Notes under the pieces: model-generated
Seen by the model: the letters and a program-made list of their open reading frames with translations, nothing else
Databases searched by the model: none
Told to the model about the DNA's origin: nothing
In this document: positions 7,878-17,856 of the stretch, one piece after another
How positions within the stretch are numbered: the stretch's first letter is position 1
Layout of the letters: each line of letters opens with the position of its first letter
Translations under genes and position numbers: made by a program
From: Vicinamibacteria bacterium
GTDB taxonomy: Bacteria > Acidobacteriota > Vicinamibacteria > Fen-336
Assembly: GCA_016934575.1 (NCBI GenBank)
Contig: JAFGSN010000194.1
Location: 411-64,410 of the forward strand
Length of the DNA: 64,000 nt
Reading direction: 5' to 3'

Positions 7878-10592
7878 ATGATCGATCCTTTTGGCGCCCG
7901 TGACCGGCTGTCGACCGCCGGGGGCATCGTCGCGATCCATCGACTGAGCGCGCTCGAGAAGGCCGGGCTCGCGCCGAGCCTGGCGCGGCTGCCGTTCTCG
8001 GTGCGCGTGCTTCTCGAGTCGTTGCTACGACACTGCTGCGGGCCTCTCGTCTCGGAAGAAGAAGTCGTGCGACTGGCGCGGTGGCGCCCGAAGCCGGAGC
8101 GTGGGGAGATTCCGTTCCTGCCGGGCCGTGTGATTCTCCAGGACTTCACGGGAGTGCCCGCCGTCGTCGATCTCGCGTCGATGAGGGCGGCGTTCAAGCG
8201 TCTGGGCGGAGATCCGAAGAGGATTAATCCGCGAATACCGGTTGATCTCGTCATCGATCACTCCGTCCAGGTCGATTTCGCCGGTTCGCCGGACGCGCTT
8301 CGGAAGAACATGGCGCTGGAGTTCGAGCGCAACCGCGAGCGCTACGCCCTGCTGCGCTGGAGCCAGCGGGCCTTCGAGGGCTTTCGCGTCGTGCCTCCCT
8401 CGGCGGGCATCATCCATCAGGTGAATCTCGAGTGTCTGGCCGAGGTCGTGCTCACGCGCGCGATCGACGGAGAGACGGTCGCCTTCCCCGATACGCTCGT
8501 GGGCACGGATTCCCACACGACCATGATCAACGGGCTGGGCGTTCTCGGCTGGGGCGTGGGGGGCATCGAGGCCGAGGCGGCCATGCTTGGTCAGCCGCTT
8601 GACATGCTCGTGCCCGAGGTCGTGGGCGTGAGACTCTCCGGACGTCTCCGCGAGGGCGTCACCGCCACCGACCTCGTGCTCACCGTGACGCAGCTTCTGC
8701 GTCGCAAGGGCGTCGTGGAGAAGCTCGTCGAGTTCTTCGGCCCGGGCGTCGGCGTGATGAGCCTGGCGGATCGGGCCACGGTGGCGAACATGGCTCCGGA
8801 ATACGGCGCCACGACGGGCTTTTTTCCAGTCGACAAGGTCGCCATCGAGTACCTGCGCCGCACCGGGCGAGGCGCCGCCGCGGTCGATCTCGTCGAGCGT
8901 TATACGAAGGAGCAGGGGCTTTTCCGCGTCGAGGACGGCGTCCAGCCGGAGTATTCGGACGTGCTCGCGCTCGATCTGGGCGACGTCGAACCGAGCCTGG
9001 CCGGGCCGAAGCGGCCCCATGACCGCGTGGCGCTCGCTGACATGGCCGCTTCTTTCGACAAAGCGCTCACGGCTCCTGTCAATGAACGCGGCTTCGGCTT
9101 GAAAACGGATGCGGCCGCAAAACGCGTCGCGATCGACATCGCGGACCGGAGCCGAGACATCGGTCACGGCGCCGTCGTCATCGCGGCGATCACGAGCTGC
9201 ACCAACACCTCGAATCCGTCGGTGATGCTTGGCGCCGGGCTGATCGCGCGCGCGGCGGCGGCGCGCGGCTTGCGCGTTCCGCCGCACGTCAAGACCAGCC
9301 TGGCGCCGGGTTCGCAGGTCGTCACAGAATACCTCCGGAAGACGGGCCTGCTCGGCGATCTTGAAGCGATCGGTTTTCACGTCGTGGGCTACGGATGCAT
9401 GACGTGCATCGGGAACAGCGGCCCGCTGGCCGAGCCGGTGAGCCGCGCGGTGCGCGCGGGAGGGTTGATCGCCTCGGCCGTGCTCTCGGGAAACCGGAAT
9501 TTCGAAGGACGCGTGCATCCCGACGTCAAGGCCAATTATCTCGCCTCGCCGATGCTCGTCGTCGCTTACGCTCTGGCCGGTTCCGTCGCCGTCGATCTCA
9601 CGCGCCAGCCCATCGGGGTCGATCACGGCGGCCGGCCGGTGTATTTGCGCGAGCTCTGGCCCTCCCACGCCCAGGTCGAAGCGCTCGATCCGGTCATCGA
9701 CGATAAATTATTCGGCGACGCATACGCGCGCGTGTTCGAGGGAAGCGCGTCGTGGAACGCGATCCCGGCGGGCGAAAGCGCTCTCTTTGACTTTCAAGCG
9801 GAGTCAACCTATATCCGGGAGGCGCCGTTCTTCATGGATCTCGCGCTCGATCCTCCTCCCGTCAGGGATATACGGGATGCGCGTATCCTGGCGCTTCTCG
9901 GCGACTCCGTGACGACGGACCACATCTCGCCGGCCGGCGTCATTCCCGAAGACAGCCCGGCGGGGAAATACTTGACCGAGCACGGCGTCTCCAAGTCCGA
10001 CTTCAATTCGTATGGATCGCGCCGCGGCAACGATTGCGTCATGGCACGGGGCACGTTCGGCAATGTTCGGCTCAGGAACCTCATGCTGCCCGGCGTCGAG
10101 GGCGGCTTCACGATCCACGTACCCTCCGGCGAGCAGATGGCGATTTTCGACGCCGCGGAGCGGTATCGCGCCGAACGTACGCCCCTCGTGGTCGTCGCCG
10201 GCCGAGAATACGGCAGCGGCTCCTCGCGCGACTGGGCCGCGAAAGGCACGCTCCTGCTCGGCGTGCACGCCGTGATTGCGGCCGGTTTCGAGCGTATCCA
10301 TCGCAGCAACCTCGTCGGCATGGGCGTGCTGCCGCTCGAGTTCGAGCGCGGACAGAACGCGGAGTCCCTCGGCCTGACAGGACGTGAAAAGCTAACGATT
10401 CCGGGCGTCGGCGAAGGGCTCGCGCCGCGCCAGCGACTCACCGTCGAAGTCGAGCGATCAGGACGAGAACGCTCCGCCTTTCAGGTCGTCGCACGTCTCG
10501 ACACGCCGATCGAAGTCAAGTATTACAGGAATGGAGGCATTCTCCACGCGGTGCTCAGGGATCTTCTCCGAACGGAAAAGCAAACGATATGA
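7878..10592 (+). CDS. acnA: Aconitate hydratase A
   Basis: 904 aa with Fe-S ligand blocks [10 protein letters not shown] and [12 protein letters not shown] and the aconitase swivel domain; RBS GGAGGA upstream. Confidence 0.95.
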   Translation: MIDPFGARDRLSTAGGIVAIHRLSALEKAGLAPSLARLPFSVRVLLESLLRHCCGPLVSEEEVVRLARWRPKPERGEIPFLPGRVILQDFTGVPAVVDLASMRAAFKRLGGDPKRINPRIPVDLVIDHSVQVDFAGSPDALRKNMALEFERNRERYALLRWSQRAFEGFRVVPPSAGIIHQVNLECLAEVVLTRAIDGETVAFPDTLVGTDSHTTMINGLGVLGWGVGGIEAEAAMLGQPLDMLVPEVVGVRLSGRLREGVTATDLVLTVTQLLRRKGVVEKLVEFFGPGVGVMSLADRATVANMAPEYGATTGFFPVDKVAIEYLRRTGRGAAAVDLVERYTKEQGLFRVEDGVQPEYSDVLALDLGDVEPSLAGPKRPHDRVALADMAASFDKALTAPVNERGFGLKTDAAAKRVAIDIADRSRDIGHGAVVIAAITSCTNTSNPSVMLGAGLIARAAAARGLRVPPHVKTSLAPGSQVVTEYLRKTGLLGDLEAIGFHVVGYGCMTCIGNSGPLAEPVSRAVRAGGLIASAVLSGNRNFEGRVHPDVKANYLASPMLVVAYALAGSVAVDLTRQPIGVDHGGRPVYLRELWPSHAQVEALDPVIDDKLFGDAYARVFEGSASWNAIPAGESALFDFQAESTYIREAPFFMDLALDPPPVRDIRDARILALLGDSVTTDHISPAGVIPEDSPAGKYLTEHGVSKSDFNSYGSRRGNDCVMARGTFGNVRLRNLMLPGVEGGFTIHVPSGEQMAIFDAAERYRAERTPLVVVAGREYGSGSSRDWAAKGTLLLGVHAVIAAGFERIHRSNLVGMGVLPLEFERGQNAESLGLTGREKLTIPGVGEGLAPRQRLTVEVERSGRERSAFQVVARLDTPIEVKYYRNGGILHAVLRDLLRTEKQTI

Positions 10593-10644
10593 CTCAGATG
10601 TCGTGATTGAGACTTGCGCCGGGACGACGGGCGCGTGAGCCTCA

Positions 10645-11094
10645 TCAATCGAACTCGCCGAGGCCGCGACGCACGTCGACTTCGGCCGAGGTGGAAGCGA
10701 CTGTCCGGCCGCCGTTTTTCAATCGCAACTGAATCGAGTAGCTTCCTTGCCGGGAATAGAGATGGCGCGCGGTGAAGCGTCGCTCGATCTTCATGCCGGG
10801 CTCGAACGCCGGGCAATCGATTTCCTGAATGCTGGTCGCGTCGTCGTCCCACTCCCACTCCAGCTCGGGACAGTAGAATTCCTCGGTGTCGTCCCCGTCG
10901 ACGAGGCTGGCGATCGCCAGCACCTCGACCGGCGCGATGCCGATGCGGGGCAAGGCGCGCATTTCGAGCTTCGGTTTCTTCCGCTTGGCCTTCGCGTCCC
11001 CCCCCGCCGAAGCCGTTCCGGGCAACAGCAGGGCCGCCGCGAACAGGCCCATGACGCCGATGCTGAGCGTGATCAGCAACATCTTCCATGACAT
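10645..11094 (-). CDS. Hypothetical secreted/lipo-protein
   Basis: Internal start MSWKMLLITLSIGVMGLFAAALLLP is signal-like. The rest has no recognisable domain, and the start is uncertain. Confidence 0.4.
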   Translation of the reverse strand: MSWKMLLITLSIGVMGLFAAALLLPGTASAGGDAKAKRKKPKLEMRALPRIGIAPVEVLAIASLVDGDDTEEFYCPELEWEWDDDATSIQEIDCPAFEPGMKIERRFTARHLYSRQGSYSIQLRLKNGGRTVASTSAEVDVRRGLGEFD

Positions 11095-11276
11095 TCGCGC
11101 CGCTCGCGCCCAGGTTCCGGTCCGGACAAGCGCGCGGCCCATGCGGCCTTCGGACCGCCGTCCACGAACCATGAGATACGATAATATTGACGGCGCATTG
11201 AACCTGCCCTGCGACATGACGGACTCCCCTTCTGGACGGGCTTCTGAACCAGACGCGCCCCCGATAGAATCTATCA

Positions 11277-12707
11277 ATGGTAACCCAGAAGGATATGCCG
11301 GCGCTGGTCCTTCCACGGGGATTGCTCGCGTTGATCGACTCCGTGGCCGCGGAAGGGGGACAAGCGCTGCTCGTCGGCGGCGCTGTCCGTGACGCGTTGC
11401 TCGGCCTCCCGCTCAAGGACTACGACATCGAGATATACGGCATACCCGAGGAGCGGCTGCCGGCGCTGCTTGATCGACATGGGAAGGTGGACGCGGTCGG
11501 GCAAGCGTTCACCGTTCTCAAGTTGAGCGGCCTCGACGGCCTCGATGGCGCTCTGGACGTTTCGCTGCCGCGTCGCGACTCCAAGGTTGGGCCCGGCCAC
11601 CGCGGCATCGCCGTCAACGGCGATCCGGAATTGCCGGTCGAGGAAGCCGCGCGCCGCCGGGACTTCACGATCAACGCGATGCTCTATGATCCCGCCGAAC
11701 GGCGGATTCTGGATCCCTTTCACGGCCGCCGTGATCTCAAGGATCGCGTCCTGCGGGCCGTGGATCCGGCGACTTTTACTGAAGATCCTTTGCGCGCTCT
11801 GCGTGCGGTGCAGTTCGCCGCGCGCTTCGATCTGAGAGTCGAGCCTCGCACGGCGGAGCTTTGCGCCGTGATGCCGCTTCACGAGCTGCCGGCCGAGCGT
11901 GTCTTCACGGAAATGGAAAAGCTCATTCTGCGGGCCGCTCGACCCTCGGTCGGTTTGAGGCTTCTCAGTAACTGGGGCCTATTATCGGTCGTGGCGCCCG
12001 AGCTCATTCCCCTGGCGGAAACCCCTCAGGATCCATTCTGGCATCCGGAAGGCGACGTCTTCACGCATACGTTGCTCTGCATGGATCAGGCGGCCGGTCT
12101 GCACGCCGATCTTGACCGGCCGCGCGCCTTGTCGCTCATGCTGGCAACGCTGTGTCACGATCTCGGCAAGCCGTCGACGACGGCTTGTGAAGGAGGAAGG
12201 ATTCGTTCGCTGAATCACGAAGAGGCGGGAGTTTCACCCACGGAGTCGCTGCTTGATCGGTGGAACGTGCACACGCTCTCGGGTTATGACGTCAGGAGTC
12301 AGATCCTGGGTCTCGTGGCGAATCATCTGAAGCCGATGCAGTTTTTTAACGATCGCGAGCGGATCACGGACGGGGCGTTCCGGCGCCTGGCGCGAAAGTG
12401 CGAGCTGGAGCTGCTCGGGCGCGTGGCGCGCGCCGATTGTCTGGGCCGCGTCGGCCGCTTTGACGCCGCCGCCATGGACTGGTTTCTCGATAAGGCGCGA
12501 CGGCTCGACGTGAGCCGTCATCCGCCTGAGCCTCTGTTGCGCGGTCGTGACGTCCTGGAAATGGGGATTCCTTCGGGTCCCGCCGTAGGTCGGCTCCTAC
12601 GCGCCGTCTACGAGCGTCAACTGGACGGCGACGTCGCGAGCGTCGAGGACGCGCGCGCCGAGGCGCGGCGTATCCTGGCGTCGCCTTCGTCCGGGAAAGA
12701 GCGATGA
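11277..12707 (+). CDS. cca: CCA-adding tRNA nucleotidyltransferase with HD domain
   Basis: Pol-beta head GGAVRDALLG..DYDIE and RRRDFTINAM blocks; HD motif HTLLCMD...LCHDLGK. Confidence 0.85.
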   Translation: MVTQKDMPALVLPRGLLALIDSVAAEGGQALLVGGAVRDALLGLPLKDYDIEIYGIPEERLPALLDRHGKVDAVGQAFTVLKLSGLDGLDGALDVSLPRRDSKVGPGHRGIAVNGDPELPVEEAARRRDFTINAMLYDPAERRILDPFHGRRDLKDRVLRAVDPATFTEDPLRALRAVQFAARFDLRVEPRTAELCAVMPLHELPAERVFTEMEKLILRAARPSVGLRLLSNWGLLSVVAPELIPLAETPQDPFWHPEGDVFTHTLLCMDQAAGLHADLDRPRALSLMLATLCHDLGKPSTTACEGGRIRSLNHEEAGVSPTESLLDRWNVHTLSGYDVRSQILGLVANHLKPMQFFNDRERITDGAFRRLARKCELELLGRVARADCLGRVGRFDAAAMDWFLDKARRLDVSRHPPEPLLRGRDVLEMGIPSGPAVGRLLRAVYERQLDGDVASVEDARAEARRILASPSSGKER

Positions 12708-14899
12708 AAAAAGGAGACGCCGGTGGCGGAGCTGGGCCGGTTCTCGACCTGCGCGTGCGCTGGAGGATCGGCTGGATCGCCGCCGGCTGGGCCGCGCTAG
12801 CGGCGCTGGTCGCCGTCGCCCGCCCGTTGGAGCAAACCTCCTCGCCTCGTCTCCGGCTCGCCGCCGCCTTGCTGTTGAGCCTCGGCGTGACCTGCGCGGC
12901 GCTCATGGCCAGCCTCAAGGGCCGGGGGCGCGGCGAGCGGCTCGCCTTTTACGTCTTCCTCGCTCTTTCGCTCGACGGAATCGGACAGCTCGTCGCGCCC
13001 TGGGGATTTCCCGTCTGGCCCCTCATGATGTTGCTCGTCGGGACTCTGGCGGTGGCCGAGCGTTTGGGCTTGGCCCTGCTGATCGCGGGATTGGCGTCGA
13101 TGCTGGCGGCGGCCGAAGCCATGGTCGGCAAGTCGCGTTTCAACGGCGACTGGAGCCTCGCGGCCGCGACGGCGATCGCGGGCTTCTTGTTGGCGATCGC
13201 CGTGAACCGCGCGCTCCTCGCCGAAAAACGGCGGCTGAGCGCCACGCTGGCCGAGCTGACGCGGCTGCGCAGCGGCATCGACCAGATCGAGGAGCTGGAC
13301 GGCGGCTCTTCCTGGCCGCCGTACAACACCGCTTCGCTCACGCTGCGTCAAGTTTCGGAGGAACAGCGTCGCGCCCGGCAGGTCGAGCGCGCGGCGGAGC
13401 TCTATGACGCTCTCGCGAAGCTCATGTCGGTCGCGCGACGCGCGGTCGGCGCCCATGCGGCGCTTTACTTCGAGCTGGATCGCGAGCGGGAGCGCGCATA
13501 TCTCCGCGCCGCCGACGGTCCGGAGAATCTCATCGCCGATTGTTCGATGTCCTTGCGCGACGATCCCGTCGCTTTCGTCATCAACCGCGAGCAGGCGTTC
13601 TACGCCACGGACTTCAAGCGACTTCTGTGGTCCCTGCCGTATTACCGCACCGAGACGAAGATCGGCACGCTGCTGGCCCAACCCGTGCGGGTGGGCGGCG
13701 TGCTCGCCGCCGTCGTGATCGTCGACCATATCGAGATCCAGGCCTTCTCGTCGTCCGAACCGGATCTCGTTTCCTCTTGCGCCGAGATCGCCGCCGATAC
13801 GGTGGCGGGCGTCAAGGCCGCGCTCAGCCGCGAGGAGCTGGGCGCGGAGTTCAAGGCGGCGTACGGCGTCTCGCGACAGTTGGCCGCGCTCACCGAACCC
13901 GCTCCGGTGTCACGGCTGTTGCTCAGATCGGCGCGGGATCTGGTTCCCATCGAGGCGGGCGCCGTCGTGATGCTCGACGAGAAGCAGACGCGATACGTCG
14001 TCGAGGAAGCCTTTGGCTGGGCCCGCGAGTACGTGAGCCGCGAGGTCGGGATCTCGGAGAAGACGTGGGCCGCGTGGGTGCTTCGTAGCGCCGACGATCC
14101 ATATCTACTTGACGAGGTCGCGGGTCACAAGGACCGGATGCCCGTGCTTGTGCTGGACGAAGGAATGAGCCGCGCGGAATCGCTGCTCGCCCTGCCGCTC
14201 AAAACGCGCAACAGAGCCCTGGGCGCGCTCATGCTCACGGGACGTCGCGGCACCTTCGACGCCGCGACCAATCGCGTGCTGGGAATTCTCTCCAACCAGG
14301 CCGCGGCCGCCCTTTCCACGCTGCAGCTTCTGGAGCGGATCAAGAGTCAAGCCGTGCGCGACGGCCTGACCGGTCTTTATAACCGGCGCGCCTTCGACGA
14401 TCTCCTCATGCGATCCATGGCGCGCGAGGAGCGCCAGGAGGGACGGCTCGCCTTATTGCTGCTCGATCTCGACCGCTTCAAGAAGCTCAATGACACGTAC
14501 GGACATCCGGCCGGCGACGCCGCTTTGCGGATCACGGCGCAGATACTGGAGCGGCTCCTGCGCAAAGCCGACCAGGCGGCGCGTTTCGGAGGCGAGGAGT
14601 TCGTCGCCATTCTTCCCGGAACGGACGAGGCGGGCGCACGACGACTGGCCGAACGCATGCGCGAGGCGATCGAGAAACACACTTTCATCTTCGAGGGCGC
14701 GCGGATATCGCTGTCCGCGAGCTTTGGAGTCGCCGTCGCTCCGGCGGACGGCGGGGAGCCGGAGGCCCTGCTCGCCGCCGCGGATCGTGCGCTCTACGCG
14801 GCGAAGCAAGCCGGACGCAACCGCGTCATGACGGCTTCGAGCCTGAACGACTCCAAGACGACGGACTCCAGAAACGAAACGGTTCCAGGAGAATCGTGA
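12704..14899 (+). CDS. Membrane-anchored GAF-GGDEF diguanylate cyclase
   Basis: N-terminal 4-5 TM helices, a coiled coil, two GAF-like regions, and a C-terminal GGDEF with active GGEEF and I-site RKAD. The start overlaps the cca stop (ATGA). Confidence 0.85.
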   Translation: MKKGDAGGGAGPVLDLRVRWRIGWIAAGWAALAALVAVARPLEQTSSPRLRLAAALLLSLGVTCAALMASLKGRGRGERLAFYVFLALSLDGIGQLVAPWGFPVWPLMMLLVGTLAVAERLGLALLIAGLASMLAAAEAMVGKSRFNGDWSLAAATAIAGFLLAIAVNRALLAEKRRLSATLAELTRLRSGIDQIEELDGGSSWPPYNTASLTLRQVSEEQRRARQVERAAELYDALAKLMSVARRAVGAHAALYFELDRERERAYLRAADGPENLIADCSMSLRDDPVAFVINREQAFYATDFKRLLWSLPYYRTETKIGTLLAQPVRVGGVLAAVVIVDHIEIQAFSSSEPDLVSSCAEIAADTVAGVKAALSREELGAEFKAAYGVSRQLAALTEPAPVSRLLLRSARDLVPIEAGAVVMLDEKQTRYVVEEAFGWAREYVSREVGISEKTWAAWVLRSADDPYLLDEVAGHKDRMPVLVLDEGMSRAESLLALPLKTRNRALGALMLTGRRGTFDAATNRVLGILSNQAAAALSTLQLLERIKSQAVRDGLTGLYNRRAFDDLLMRSMAREERQEGRLALLLLDLDRFKKLNDTYGHPAGDAALRITAQILERLLRKADQAARFGGEEFVAILPGTDEAGARRLAERMREAIEKHTFIFEGARISLSASFGVAVAPADGGEPEALLAAADRALYAAKQAGRNRVMTASSLNDSKTTDSRNETVPGES

Positions 14900-14919
14900 C
14901 CTGAATCGAGATTGCGGCG

Positions 14920-15699
14920 TCAGCCCGAGAAATCACGCGTCTGCAGAACGGTTTTCGGCCCGTCCCCGCCGATCTCGATCACGCGCTCCAGCACCACGCC
15001 GCATTCGCAGCAGTCGGATGACGCGAGAAGATAGCGCTTGCGGTTGATCTTGAAAGCCAGCGGCTTCGGAGCGCAGAGATCGACGACCGGCATGACGGCG
15101 AAGACCTTTTTCTTGTTGACGATCAGCAGCGGTCCCGTAACGTATTCGTCGAAGATCTTGATCTGATATTGCAGGATCGCGAGATGGTCGCCGGCGCCGC
15201 GCAGGCGGTAAGCGAGAGGGGCGCGCTCCGTGAGAAACCCGATGTCAACCCTGAAGTATTCGCCGCGCGCCTGGCGCGCGCTCTCGAACGCGACGAGCAA
15301 CGCTTCCCTGGCATCGCGCGAGCCCGACAGTCGTTCAACCTCCGCCTTGGATTTGACGCCGTCCAGCGGAATCGGCTCGTACTTGACGTGTTTTCTGCCG
15401 ACGATGGCGAGGCTATAGTCTTCCGGCTTTCCGCATGCGCCGGCATTCCTGAGCCGAGTGACCTCGAAGCTTTTCACGAATGAGACTTGCGCCAAACCGC
15501 CGGTCACGGCCGCGCAGGTTCGGGACGTCTTGCGATCGAGAAGAAGAACGGGTTTGCCCGACGCATGCTTGCCGTGAAGGCAGATCCCGGCGCGTCCAGC
15601 TTCCTTGCAGCTCACGACAAATGCGAAGATGGGCGGCTTCCCCTCGGCGGACGTGGCCGCGCTCAACCCGAGAAGACAGGGGATCAGATATCGAATCAT
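14920..15699 (-). CDS. Hypothetical secreted protein
   Basis: Signal peptide MIRYLIPCLLGLSAATSAEG; coding-like; no recognised domain. Confidence 0.5.
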   Translation of the reverse strand: MIRYLIPCLLGLSAATSAEGKPPIFAFVVSCKEAGRAGICLHGKHASGKPVLLLDRKTSRTCAAVTGGLAQVSFVKSFEVTRLRNAGACGKPEDYSLAIVGRKHVKYEPIPLDGVKSKAEVERLSGSRDAREALLVAFESARQARGEYFRVDIGFLTERAPLAYRLRGAGDHLAILQYQIKIFDEYVTGPLLIVNKKKVFAVMPVVDLCAPKPLAFKINRKRYLLASSDCCECGVVLERVIEIGGDGPKTVLQTRDFSG

Positions 15700-16053
15700 C
15701 TCTCACCTTCATAGACGGCAAAGACGTAACAACAATCGTCCGATCGTGACACTGGTCGCGGCGCGGATGCGACGATCACTTGACGACGCTTGAGCCTGAG
15801 AAAGATTAGCTTGAGGCGATGGGGAGCGTCAAGGCGGAATAGGGACGCCGCCAGCGAGAAGAAGCATGTAACTCAATGACGGCGCCAGGGATTTCAAGCC
15901 AGGCATGTCGCCGTGGTTTGGGCATGTCAAGGGTCCATCCTGGCGACCGGCATTCATAGAGTACTATTTAATATGTTCTCTGATCGGCAATCCGCTTGTT
16001 CAAGATATGCGGAGAAGAGATGTGTCACAGCACGCGTCGACTGCGATCGATAG

Positions 16054-17043
16054 ATGCCGGGATTGAGCATGCCGCCTGACGAGTCGGGCGCGCAGATGGA
16101 AGATCGCTTCGTCCTCGGAGTCAATCTTCCCTGGCGGCGTTACGGGTGCGATTTCGGCGCGAACGCATGGGAACCAGGCGGAGGGCTTGCCGGCGTGGCG
16201 GATCGCGACGCGCTCGAGGACGTATTCACGAGACTGGCCGCGAATCGAATTCGTTGGGTGCGCTGGTTCCTCTTTTGCGACGGTCGCGCGGGAATCATGT
16301 GGGGCCCCGATGGAACGCCGATGGGCCTCGATGAACATGTGTTCCCGGATCTTGATGTGGCGCTTGGCCTGGCTCGGCGGCACGGCCTCCGGCTCGTCTT
16401 TGCCCTGTTCGATTTCCACTGGTTCCGCGCGGCGAGGCGCCACAAGAACGTTCAGCTCGGAGGCCGCGCGGACCTCGTGGCCGATCCCGTCGCCCGCGAG
16501 CATTTGCTCGACCGCGTTGTCGATCCGATCCTGGAATGGACCGGCCGCTCAGGCGCAATCGGCGCCTGGGATGTGATCAATGAGCCGGAATGGGTCACGG
16601 GCGACCGTGACGCTCGCGGATGGCGCCGGCGGAGTCGAATCGCGGCCGACGACATGCGGGCGTTTATCGGGGCCGTTGTCGAACGCATCCATTCACGCAC
16701 CGTTCATCAGGCGACCGTCGGCCTGGCCGGCGCGCGAGGTTTGCCGCTCGTGCGTGGTCTTGGACTCGACTTCTATCAGATCCATTGGTATGACGCGCAC
16801 GATGCGGAGTCGCCTCTCGATCGGCCCGTGGCCGCTCTCGAGTTGGATCGGCCCGTGCTCCTGGGTGAGTTCCCGACGCGGCGATCGTCGCGCGATGCGG
16901 TATCGATTCTCAACAAAGCGCGCGCGATGGGGTACATGGGCGCCCTGGCCTGGTCGGTCTTGTCTTCCGACGCATTTTCGGATTACTTCGGGCGCTCCGC
17001 CGAGATCGCCGCTTGGAGACGCGATCCAGGCCTCATTGCATGA
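16054..17043 (+). CDS. Clan GH-A glycoside hydrolase (GH5/GH113-like), no signal peptide
   Basis: Acid/base signature WDVINEPEW (NEP) and nucleophile-like LGEFP; TIM-barrel spacing. Confidence 0.55.
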   Translation: MPGLSMPPDESGAQMEDRFVLGVNLPWRRYGCDFGANAWEPGGGLAGVADRDALEDVFTRLAANRIRWVRWFLFCDGRAGIMWGPDGTPMGLDEHVFPDLDVALGLARRHGLRLVFALFDFHWFRAARRHKNVQLGGRADLVADPVAREHLLDRVVDPILEWTGRSGAIGAWDVINEPEWVTGDRDARGWRRRSRIAADDMRAFIGAVVERIHSRTVHQATVGLAGARGLPLVRGLGLDFYQIHWYDAHDAESPLDRPVAALELDRPVLLGEFPTRRSSRDAVSILNKARAMGYMGALAWSVLSSDAFSDYFGRSAEIAAWRRDPGLIA

Positions 17044-17232
17044 GCTGTTCGTCGAATCAGTTTCGCTCCTTGCTTGTCGATTGGCGTTCTCAGTTTGACG
17101 AGCACGGCTCGTCGGCTTCAGGGGGGGGCGAGGCGTCGAGCGTCGCTTGACAGCCGGGCCGGGTTGCCGGATGCTCTTGTCGCTGAACAAGGAGATAATG
17201 CCATTCTCACGCTGACCTATATCGCGCTCGCG

Positions 17233-17856
17233 ATGCTCGGAAGCGGATACGTTCTGTTCTCGATGTTGCTCGGGCACTTCGGATCCGGAGATGGAGCCGA
17301 CGGTCATGCGGCCGATCACGGCGGAGATTTCGCGGACGGACACGCCGGCGATCATGGAGGAACGGATTATGGAGTCGACGGGCACGGCCACGGCGACGTT
17401 TCCACGAGCGGCGGCGCCTTGGGCTCGTTCCATTTTCCCTTCTTCTCTCCGTTGGCCCTGGCGACGTCTCTCGGCGCACTGGGCGCCTATGGCCTCATTG
17501 CCCAATTCGGTCTGCGCGTTTCGAACCGAATGAGTCTCGTTGTCGCGATTCCCGCGGCCTTCGCCACGGCTTACCTCGTCACGTACGTCGGCTGGCGACT
17601 TGCCGCCTCCTCGATCGGTTCGAGCCAGATTCGCATCATGGAGCTGCGCGGCGCCTCGGCGGAGGTGATCACGCCCATTCCCGTGAACGGCGTCGGCGAG
17701 ATTGCGGCGGTGGTGAGCGGGCAACGATACACCGGACCGGCGCGCGAGGCCAACGGACGCGCGGTGTCGCGCGGCGCTCATGTCACGATCAAGAACCTGG
17801 TGGGAACGACGTTGATCGTCGTCCGGGACGTTCCTTTGGAGGAATCACGCCAATGA
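17233..17856 (+). CDS. NfeD-like membrane protein (flotillin-associated), start uncertain
   Basis: TM helices followed by a C-terminal OB-like beta domain (VITPIPVNGVGEIAAVVSGQRYTGPAR...VTIKNLVGTTLIVV). The ORF runs back to a TTG at 17074, and the first ATG is at 17233. The stop overlaps the flotillin start (ATGA). Confidence 0.55.
   Translation: MLGSGYVLFSMLLGHFGSGDGADGHAADHGGDFADGHAGDHGGTDYGVDGHGHGDVSTSGGALGSFHFPFFSPLALATSLGALGAYGLIAQFGLRVSNRMSLVVAIPAAFATAYLVTYVGWRLAASSIGSSQIRIMELRGASAEVITPIPVNGVGEIAAVVSGQRYTGPAREANGRAVSRGAHVTIKNLVGTTLIVVRDVPLEESRQ

Noticed and set aside
8025-9668. 547-aa ORF antisense to acnA
   Set aside because: It is antisense to an unambiguous aconitase gene and has no recognisable motifs.
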